DNA from: Auanema rhodensis
Taxonomy: Eukaryota; Animalia; Nematoda
NCBI GenBank assembly: GCA_964057225.1
Contig: OZ059894.1
Location: forward strand, 14,136,001 to 14,200,000
Direction of reading: 5' to 3'
DNA length: 64,000 nucleotides
The notes below the pieces were generated by a model. It did no database searches. It was given only the letters and a program-made list of their open reading frames with translations, and was not told where the DNA came from. The position numbers were made by a program, and so were the translations under genes. This document shows positions 39,823-51,050 of the stretch, piece by piece; the stretch's first letter is position 1, and each line of letters begins with the position of its first letter.

Positions 39823-42800
39823 AAAGCCCAAGAGCTTGTTGAGAATTTGGGAAAACTGAATTTGGTAGAAGATAGGCGTACTTCTACTCAGACCACCTCA
39901 ACGGATCATCACTGTTGATAAATGAAGATGGTCCTTAAAGAGTTGAACCTGCTAGATACAGCTAGCAGAGTCGGAGACACGCCAGAGACGCAGGGTGTCC
40001 GTCAGCCTCCCCCTTCCCTAGCCAACACCAGCCCCATTCGTCGGCCTGGTGAGTGAGCCTGTCCGTCCTATTCCTCATGTTTTCTTTCTTCACTTTCCTT
40101 TTATAGCATACATGACAGTTCAATATGCCTGTTGTATTTGATGCTACATTTTTCTTCCTGTAAACACGTGAAGATCTTCAAAATATCTGATCCGATGCTG
40201 GTTGAAAAATTCACTGAGCCTATGTGTTTGCTAAAACCAATTTTCTTGATCTTTAACTTATTTTTTCCAGTATATATCATTGAAGCAACTATATATTTCA
40301 AATAGCTAGTGTTGTACTGCATTGTGTTTATGCTGTGAGATGTATAAGAGAAGGCGAGAGAACTTCTGAAACCGAGAAATAAAGAAGAGAAATAGAGAAA
40401 TAGAGAGAAAGAGTGGTGTTGGGGCCGGGGTGTGTATGTGGTTGGCTGGTTGGTGTGGAGAGGAGACCGAGCGCTGTGTCTGGTTGGGTGGTTGCTGTGT
40501 GTCTCTTCTGTCCGTGTCGAGCGTGTGAGCGTCTTCTCGTTCCTTTGCCCTGTGTTGCTGAGATCGTCGTCACTTATGCTAATCAATATAAACTTTTTTG
40601 GCAACTTGTTATCCGACAGCTCTTCCTTTCACATGTGCTGTAATAGTTGAGCATATTGCAAAGAAAGAATTTGGGTCAACATGTAGCACTTCGCTACCAT
40701 ACGTCTGAGATCTTGGCTGATCCTCACTGAGTTGCGTCATTTTCTGTGGATCAATCAATATATTAGCATAGCGAAAATATAATTATTTATTTGCCATTTG
40801 TGCTAAGGCCTAGAAAGACTCATAGTTGCTTTTTCATTTCAACTTGACTTGTGTAAATTACTTTTATTTTGCAGCTTCAGCCCCATGTAATTGCTTCTGA
40901 ATATTTCTTATGGCTTTTATATCCTTGACAGCAAGCTTGTAATTGAATGCTTCTGTCCCCTTACGGTACCAATCATTTTCATTTTTGTTTTTGTTAATAT
41001 GTTCATCCTTACGTTAAGCACTTTTGTACGTTGTTATCTACTGCAAATGCATTGATTGTTTATATTTTACCATTGTGAGGTAACAATGTTTCTACTAGAA
41101 GTTAAGTAAATTTGAAGATTTCCTATGTTAGTACTCTTTTGACTCAATAACCATAGCAGAGTGGAGGTAGCAATACTGGAAAACGTGCCTCGCACCAAAT
41201 TATCCACTTCATGGGTAGTCGAGGTAGGATAGAGATGACGATGTTAAAATAATTTTCCGCACTGGACAAGGTAACAATGCCGATTATTGTAGTCTCACAT
41301 TGTTTATTATGAGAATTGATGTGCACTGGTTATTCCTCTTGACCGCTTCTTTCAAACCATTGATTTCTAATAAGGCTGCTGACTGGATCCTAGTGCACAT
41401 ACACAGTTGTCTGATGAACAGGTATCGAATGACGACCGTGTATGCGACTCCGAACAGCCGTCACTCATTATCCAGTCCTACATAGTCATGCACCGTTTCC
41501 TTTTTATGGAGTGCCGATATAATTTCTGTTACATAACGATTTCATACGCCATTCTACGGAAGAATAAAAACAAAAAATCGTATCAAAACTAGGGGATTCA
41601 CTTCATAGTTCTTTATCCACTTCTGAATTGCCAATTTCTAATTTAATTTCCAATTTTTAAAAATTTCTTTCGAAATGAGTATTTTTTAAACGTTTTGTTG
41701 TGAGTAAGATGTGCATATTGGAATTTTTGAAGCATTGGGAAGGGGGGTTGAAAATGTTTTTCTTTTTCTCATCTACTGTGTTTGCGTTCGTCAACCCTGA
41801 ATAAAAGTTATAAATGAGTCTATTTAGTTTGTGATTTTACCAATCTTTCAAATTTTTTTCTATAATTTGAATATATATATATATATAATATTTTCTCACA
41901 CTACAACTTGTGTCACATTCGTATCTATTTTGAAGATTGTTCTCAAATGAACTAACCGTGAGAATGAACAGTAGACTTGCACTTATCCTGCTCCGCTAAC
42001 TGTCTTTTTTGATACGACCTGTAAATTTATTTTTTCCTTGCCTTATAAACATATACTGTAGCTGTTTTCAACTTTTTTATAGGCTGAAAAGAACTGTTCT
42101 CAACAGTCTACAGGCATCGGAAAGTTTTCTAATTTTTAACATATGTCTTGCGTCAAGTAGATTCTATATCAGTCCGGCGAAAAATATTGCCTCAAAACAC
42201 GCATCGAGACCCAACATTGGATTGGTCAATGACACCCGCTTTTGCCTCTCTTCATTCTTCTTGCTTTTCTCATTTTTGTTCACATTCTTTTGTTCCATGT
42301 CTTTCGTCCTGTTCTGCTTTCTCTTTTTCTATTCTCTGAATAGGATGCGACTGTCGGATCTCTCAACGTTTATGCAAAATGGTTCGAGCCTCTATCAAAC
42401 ATTTTAAAGAGAAAACTCTTTGTCGTGCTCCTCTGTTGTCATACTCAAATACATGAAGCTTATGTGGTTTTTCCGAACGATGCATGACCATACAAGGGGT
42501 ATTTGAGCAGACAAATAAATTCAGACTTCAAACTCTTGCAACCACTAGAGACCGCTTGAGCTTTTTGCGTAACTAGCTGTTTGTTAAAAGAGCAATTTTC
42601 GTTGATCTGGACCTTTCAGTAAATTGGAGACGTTCATAGGTTCATTATCAAAAAGTCACTTGTCTGATTGTTTTTGTTGGCAATAAGCAACCTCGATGCT
42701 TTCTGCAACTAACTTATTTGCCCCTAGGGCGTTGTCTTGACCCTAGTTTGCCTTTATGTGCTCATTCTTCGATTCTCTTTTTCATCTCTCGCTATATGTT

Positions 42801-43335
42801 GCTTTCCTTTAGCTATCTTTTATTCGTATAAATTCAGTCTTTCGGCGACTCACTTCCTCTTCTGACAATGTCGTGCGGTTCCCAATTCTTACAATGTGAC
42901 TTTTCTAATTTTCTGTGATTTCTTTTTGATTCGGGTAAAGCTTCTATTCACCAATTGCATGTATTCTTGGGAAACGTATCCCTAACACAGTAAATATGGT
43001 ACTCTCTTTGTATGAACATCGAATATCGTTACGCGAATATCATATCATTTCGAGAAAAGTGCTCTAGTGCGAATGCAAACCATGGGCGGAGCTTTTACCC
43101 ACCCACTTTGGCTGTAGTTTTCCAGTCTGTTTATGTCAAATCTGTAAATTTATGTTTTCTGAATGATTTTTCTTTTTTGCGTTTATTTTTCTATAGTATA
43201 TGCTTTGTTTATTATAGATCAATGCTGGGTAGCTGAGATTGTCGATTAGAGAAGCTCAGATATCGACGAAATAAAATCGACCACGACCACAGCTTTTACG
43301 GCACCTTCGTGGTTTTATACGGGTAGAGGATCATC

Positions 43336-46300
43336 ATGATGCAGCAACTAGTCAACGATCTTCGTAAACAAGCTATTTCTAATAAGGAGACTGAACATGA
43401 ATCGATTTCTCGAGTTGGTTCTTCTGGTGTACGTCATAAGCCCATTGCTGTGGTAAGTTCATTAATCCTAACTTAAATACTTGGGTTGTTTATTTCAGAG
43501 CTACTTGAATGACTCTGGTACTGAATCCGATGAAGAACTCGAAATGTTTGGAAGTAAGTTTGATAATTCAACTGTTATATTATTAAGATCACTTCAGTTT
43601 TGAGGCCGTAAATTATACAGTTTTACAGGTTCTTTATTGTTTTTTTTTCAGATGCTATGCAATATCAACGTGATTACGAAGACTTCCTTAGTGGAGCTGC
43701 GAGGCCTCCAGAGCTCTCCGATTTACCTCCCACAGCTGATATTGATGACGTTAGGTTAGTGTATATTCTTGCTATTTATTATTGAATAAAATAACTCTGT
43801 AGAATGACAGGACTAAACTGAAAAAGAATATCTGTAAGATTTATGTGCTAATTGCTCCAGGAAAGATAACAATGAAATAGTCTTCAACTTTCAAAAAAAA
43901 GCAAACCTTTAAATAGACTGGCATTGTTAGCCATATTATTCTCGCTGTTCGCGTATAATTTATCCAACATTCAGATCTTTTTTTTCAATAATATGTTCTG
44001 AAAAACAACATAGTTGGGCCTTTCCTTTTTCTCCCGGTTGTGTTAGAGCTTGATATCGATGAGTTGTATGGCTCTCTCTCTGTTCAGGAGCCATAGTCCG
44101 CATTAGTTACATCTTTGGCTCTAACCACTGTATGGGAAATAAAACAAGTGTGTCTAACATGTAATCTAACTAAGACAGTTACATACTTGAAACCAAAGGC
44201 TGATACATGAAAAATATGATTCAAAGGAGTACTCATTCCATTCTCAAGTTTTAGCCTGAATCAGACGAGCAGACATTCCACTATGGTTAGAGACGCAGGG
44301 TAGGATATGCGCTGTTAGCGAGCACTCTGCACTCTTCTCCGTTTTTCATCTTTCTTCTTTCTTTGTATCGTTATTTCATGTTCTCTGCATCTTTGAGACA
44401 ACTAGCTTGTGGAAGAAAAGTCGCGTTTTGAGCTTCTGATTAATAATTGAACAAATTTCTGTGAAGCCTTTAATTAAATTAACAAATGTACTATAGCATT
44501 TATGAATGAAAATTAAAAATTTTAAGAGTTGTGACGAGGAAATTCAACAAGCTTAGAAAGTCTCTTTTTTTAATTTAGGCCTTATAAGATAGGTTGAGCT
44601 ATAGAAAATAAGGGAGGCTGTAGGTTTCAAAGAGAAACTATGACAAGTGAATAAATTCGCGTCTTTGTCACGACATTCTTCTTCGTTGTTGCATAAAATA
44701 GGAATATATGGGTCATCTCTTGTGATTTATCCAACTATATATATAAACGTTTAATTCATGAATTTATGATAGAATTGGAGGCTCTAAATTAAGGGATTAT
44801 GGTCTATGTGACTAATAATGCGCCATATAGAATATACATATAAATTTTCTATTTTATCAAAGTATGGGTTAAACTTTACTAAAGACAACTATCCGAATCA
44901 ATAGTTTCTCTAAACTGAATTTTTTTTTTAATTGCAAAATGATTTCTGCCAACTTTCGTTGTGTTCGGTCTCGGTAATTAACGTAGTAGTGAAAGTAAAT
45001 AGACAATTTCTCTGAGTGAAGTGAAGATGAGAGAACAATAAAATTTGTTTTACGTAGTTCACTGCTTTTAAAACAGAAAGTACATCGTTTTATTTTAAAA
45101 AATATTTTTTTTAGCTGGGACAGCATTGGTCGTGAGTCTGGAATTTTGACTGGAGATGGTTCCGATTCTGATGAGGACCCGACTACTCCTAAACAGCAAG
45201 TTTTAATTTTGTTTGATTTTTATTTATATACGTAATGTATTGTTTGATGCTATAATGTTTTTATTATGGAAGTCATAAATTAATTTTTAGACGTCGTCGT
45301 ATGGTACTGACTCAGACTTCTCCATCTACAATCAGCAAGGTTTTTTTTAAACTTCTGTGCTTAAGATAAATTTTATTTTACCTTTCTGTGCGATTTTCCA
45401 AATATTCATATACGGATATTTTTAATTTAGCGCATTAAAATTTAGTTTTTTGAACATGATTTTTTTGTTTAACCTTGATTTCTCTACATTGAACACTTAG
45501 TTAAAAAAATCTTTTTATTGTTATATAGTTGCAGTTATGTACTCTACATAGCAATATCTATAGCCATTAAACCTCTATTATACCATCAGAAAGGAAATGA
45601 TTATGAGAAACTTTGCCCAAGCGAATTTGAAATCCCAAAGTGCAAAGTAGACGTTGTAGATATAATGCATTGTTGATATTTTTCGGTGTTAGAAGAACAA
45701 TTTTGAAGTATATAAAAACTTTTGAAAAGGCCCGAAAAAACACTGATTGTGCTTTTATAAATTCCTGACAACTGATGAGCTAATTACTAGTTATTTTATT
45801 CTTATTCAGAAGGCACTTATCTTCTAGAATATATGAAACCTTTTTTACATGTCTGAAATCTCTTCGCCTGTGAAATTTTCTTTTTTTTAAACGATTATAT
45901 ATAAATTTTCTCTTTATAACCTTACAAAGATATATCTCTATAAAATTCACTACCGTTTGCATTAAAATTTTTTTTTATTTCAGCAACAATGTGAATTTCC
46001 ACCAATGTCAATGCTTGGGGAAAAAAGACGCCATGCCGACAGATCTGAGGGAGCCGTTACACCACAAGCCAATGGTCTCGGGTCTCCTAATGGAAAGGGT
46101 TAGTTTAAGAATGTTATATTAAGTTATGTTTTTTTCCATTTTCAGAACGTCCTCGTAATGTAGCTGTCAGACGCTGCCCAGTTCGTTTACTTGTACATCG
46201 TCCTCCAAAGGAAACTGAAAGACCTCTAAATCAGGATGCGTTTGATCCAGGCTCTGAAAATCACGAACCTATTAAAAGATCAAGGCTCTGTCGCCCTATG

Positions 46301-46446
46301 CTGGATTTTGATAAAATGCTCAGGGTATTTAACGTTTTTTTATGGCTATGTTATCTTCCATCTTTTAGAATCGTTTAGACGTAACCGCCGCCGGCTCGGC
46401 GAGTTCGTCTTCAGCGTTTAAATCCTATTCATCTCAGGATAAATAA
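43336..46446 (+). CDS. Uncharacterised disordered protein with RPxLDFxKM motif (OSER1/FAM53-like motif)
   Basis: Spliced frame MMQQLVNDLRKQAIS...DSGTESDEE...KRSRLCRPMLDFDKMLR...SQDK*. One junction (45196 vs 45232 donor) is ambiguous. Confidence 0.7.
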
Positions 46447-48216
46447 AATGCGTTAGTCTTACTTCCCAGTTGACGACTAAGGTAGCAAGTATGTTCAATC
46501 ACATAACATACTTGCTCGTTTTCTGTTTATTTCTTGTCTACTCCATAAATTTACCTCATAAGTCTAAGCGCTAGTTATAAAGACTTTTTTAAAACTAAGT
46601 ATTTACAGTTTTATACTTTTTAATAGATTCTTGTCTTTAATCCTCCTCTCAGCTTCATCTCTCATATTTGCATTCATCTCTTATTTAAAAGCATAGTGAT
46701 TAAATTTGTATACCAGAAAATATTTAATAACCAAATAACCTTTGATTTAGTCTAATCAACATTTTCGTGTAATATTTTGTCTTAACTGCTGTTGAACCTG
46801 ATTTTATAGCTCCTACTTAAAACATTTCTCGTTGTGATCTAATTCAGCATTGCTTCAGCGTTTATTCCTATTTGGTTATAACCTAGAACGATTGCCTTTT
46901 CTGCTATCCGTATAAGATATTAGTAGCAGACCTATTTTTTCGTTCATCTTGTCAGCTGGCGAGTGGCCGACGTCTCGAAGTCGGTTTTGCTCAATTGCAA
47001 GTTAGCAAACTGCATATTCGAACTATAAATATGAATGAGCACCAATGAATTAATAAGAACAGAAATTAGTTTCGTTCATATGAAGTTATGTATTTTTTTC
47101 TTCTCTTTTTTAACTGTAGGCAGTTTGCTGACTTAATCCCGTTCACTTTCATCTGAAAACATGAACTGGTTAACGCCTTGTCGGGACTTCGTCCACCTCG
47201 CGATGACAATTTACTTTTGTACCTTTTGTTTATGCTAGTTATGAGCTGGAACAGAAAATAATAACTCGACTAGTTATTGTTAGATTTGGAATGTTTTTTG
47301 TCGGGATATGGTTCGTTTATCCGTTGATATAATTAGCCATTTTGGTACACACTTTAACTCAACTTTATATGATTCCTCTGTCGTTGATTAGAATTTGTAG
47401 GTCTTGCTTAGTGTCTGTTTGTTACTTTTCCATTTTTGTTAATAAACTTAATTGAATTTTCTTGTCTTTTAAATTATGAAAGATTTTAATCTTGCAACGA
47501 AACATTAATTAAATCAAGATTATGTGAACAATGGTACATGCATCCAGTTTAAAATAAAGTAAACTTATATCCAAATAATATAATTTAACAATTTGCTTTC
47601 GTACAATATATCCAGAGTGTTTTATAGTATATACAAAATGTAAGACTTCCAAATCACAACGAGTGACCTCACAGAAAGGCACAGCTGTTCCTTCTATTCA
47701 CTAATATCAGTAGAACGAATCGTGGTGTGCTTCTAGAATATGATTATCAGGCAAGTTCTATTTATTTCCCAATTGGCTTAAACATTTTGTTCTATTTTTG
47801 CAAAATAGAAACATAGTCTACGATTTTATATTTAAAGTCAAACCTTTTCAAACAACATCCTATTATAAAATTTTTATTTAAAAAAATAGAACTATAATAT
47901 TATATAATATTTCACATTGTAAGTTATTAACATTGAACATGAAATAACAAAACACTTGAACAAGAAATTTAAAAAAAGCTTCAAAAAATTTATTTTAAAG
48001 TTTTTCGAGCACTGTAGGTGTATATACGTGTTACGTAGATGTGATGTCGTAGACAAAAAGTATTTTTCAAGCAACGCACTTATTTCTTTTTTTAATTCAT
48101 AACCATATAAGCTTAGAACAGTGATAAAACAAATTTTCCTATAGAAACATAAAAAATTTTAGAATATAATCTTATTATTTTTCTACATTGTATCAAATTT
48201 TCAAATTTGTTTCAGC

Positions 48217-49962
48217 ATGTCGAACGATTGGGGTAGTGGATGGGATGATTCCCAGTGGAGTAACAACCAGTATAATCAACAATCAACTGGGTAAGGTTAG
48301 CAGAAATATTCATATCAAGCTAATTTCAGTTATTCAAATAATGGGTATTCTGGAGACTTCTACCAGAATCAACAATCTCAGCAAACTTATGGGCAACAAC
48401 AAGGTTATGGAAATTTTCAACCGACCCAACCTTCACAGCCACCTCAGCCAACACAGCAAAGTAACATGGGTGGAAATGGTAAAAATTGAATTATATCGTT
48501 CTTTCATTATTTTACTATAGCTTTTGGTGGATTTCCTGGCCAACAGCTCATGTCTGAACCAATGTTTGCTGCCGCTCAACAATTCGGGGGCCAATTTGCA
48601 GAGCAGCAAAAAGAAAAAGTACGACTTATTTTCATGGCTATCTAATTATATTGTTTCAGCTCACCAAATATATTAGCGGTTTCAACTTGAAATACTACTT
48701 TTCTGTTGATAATACTTATGTCGGGAAGAAGTTAGCCATTTTATTATTCCCATTTTTGCATAGGGTTCGTGGATTGAACTTTATTTTAAAATATCAACTT
48801 TTTATATCTTAAGGAATGGGCTCCTCGGCATACAGGTGGTAACGGCCCTGTGTCAGCGAAAGATGATATAAATGCGCCTGATCTCTATATTCCTATTATG
48901 GCTTTTATCACTTATGTTCTTGTATCTGGATTTCTTTTAGGAACCCAAGGAAGGTAGTGAAATATGAATATTTTTTTGTTATAAATTTTTATTTTAGGTT
49001 TTCTCCTGAAATGCTCGGTATTTTAACTAGTAACGCTTTTATTTGGGTTATTTTAGAGAATATTCTTATTTTTATTAGTAAGTATATTCTGAATATATCT
49101 CAGGTACCGTATTTTAAAAATAAGTTTCTCATTAGTTTATTTCAGTCTCTTACAGTTTGGCATTCATTGTCATTTAGTACATATAAGTTTGTTGGGTAAG
49201 TAGTTAATACTTTAGTGCATGTAAAACTTTGTTTTAGGATGATTGCTTGCCTCATTGTGTTCATGACCGGCGGAAAGATGTTTTATTACTGTACATTGAT
49301 ATATACTGCTTTTGCTCTTGTTTTCTTCTTGGTATGGAATCTCATATTTGAATTATTTATTTATTTCGTTTAGTTGCAAACTGTCAAAAATTTTCTTTTT
49401 GACACTAACCACTTTGGTGGGGATGATGGAAGAAAGAGAAAATTGATTTTGATTTTGTTCATTGCTGTGTCTCAGCCCTTCATTATGTGGTGGTTGACTA
49501 GGTATACATTTTTTCTCTTTTTATTCAAATTTTCACTCTAAAAGTTATTTTTTATATTTCTTTTTTTTGTGAATTTGTTTTTATTCAGCTCGCAGATATC
49601 CTCAGTTAAAGCTCAGCCCATGGTAGGCCAGAGTGTAATTTATGTGTGCATGAGTTGTGATATTCTAAAAATTTATTACGTTTTCGAGTTTAGATTAAGG
49701 AAGTGTGAAATGACTTAATTTGTCTTATTGTTCTAGGATTTTGCATGTTGTGTGTTTTATGATCATTCGCAGCATGTTACATACTTCCAATGATTTTACA
49801 AAATTTTTTTTCAGTGGCGCAACTAGTTTCGAATATGGTAAGTACGATTTTGCCCGTTTGGCCATGGACAAGATGGGAATGGCAAAGGGTGCTGCCGGCG
49901 ATGTTCCTTTGACTGATGATGGTGACGTTGATTATGAAGCGTTGCTTAAGATGCCTAAGTAA
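48217..49962 (+). CDS. yif-1: YIF1 (Yip1-domain ER-Golgi membrane protein)
   Basis: [59 protein letters not shown] and QPFIMWWLT. Confidence 0.95.
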
Positions 49963-51050
49963 TTACCCAGTTTCTGTCCTAACTTGATGTGCCTTAATGT
50001 TTTTTGTACCAGTATAGGACCTGATAACTGTTTTTACTATATTTCATATCAAACACTATCAATTTATTTATTAACATAATGCATGTTATATTAACTGATT
50101 GTTTCATTATGGGGGGTGGTTTATCAAAGTCTGGTCTGTTATTTAAATGATTTATATTCCTCAAATTTAAGTTATAATTTTGTATAAAATAGCATCGTTC
50201 CTAGACACAAAATTGGGTTTCATGAATACTGAGATAATGTTACATATTTCTATTAAACTTATTGCTTTTTTTGTTAGATGAGCAAGACTCATTTATTTCA
50301 TATTTCATGAAAATAACTTTTCTACTCAAGGATTCGTTATAGGATCATCGCATATTTCCCCACTTAGTGTTCATGGTACTGGTGTCAACATATTTTATTT
50401 TTAAAAATAAATAAAACATTTTAACATTGTAGCATCTGAGATATTTTACCTGTATGCGCATCAATCTGCGCTGTTTTCTTGGAATCTGTGCTCTCTGCAC
50501 TATTTTTACGTTGAATTGCTGCTAGCTCGCCCTCTACTTCAAGCACCGCCCATTCGCGCTATGAATTGCTGTCGGAGAAGATAGCTGTGTCTCATCCGTA
50601 GTCAGTTATCGAGGAAATATTTTTCCTAAAAATTCTTAATATTTAGTTTTATGCTAATTTAATTTGTTTAATAAATTATTTCTTGTTACTAGCCTTATTA
50701 TGAGTGCAACATTTAGAATTAATGGTTGAATGATTTATATTCTGTACAGTAACGATCAGGTTTTTCATTACAATTATTATATTGTAAATATTTATAGAAC
50801 TCAACCTAATCGTATAATGTATAAGAGTTGAATTTTTTAATATTTCATATATATATAAGTTTAAATGCCTTTTATTTTCTATTTCTGATAGATGTTTCTA
50901 TTTTTAATACCACTATCCGTTAAATGATGCAACCGTGTAATAACCGTTCACAGCGTTTGATATGTCTTGATTAGTTATAATAATAATAGAAATAAGTTTT
51001 GTAGATTTGTGGGTCTATATTGTACATATTTTTGTGCCTTTTCACTGGGA

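Noticed and set aside
40101-40650. Overlapping ORFs of up to 167 aa on both strands
   Set aside because: These arise from GT/GA-rich, stop-poor sequence in the presumed 5' intron region and show no protein-like motifs.
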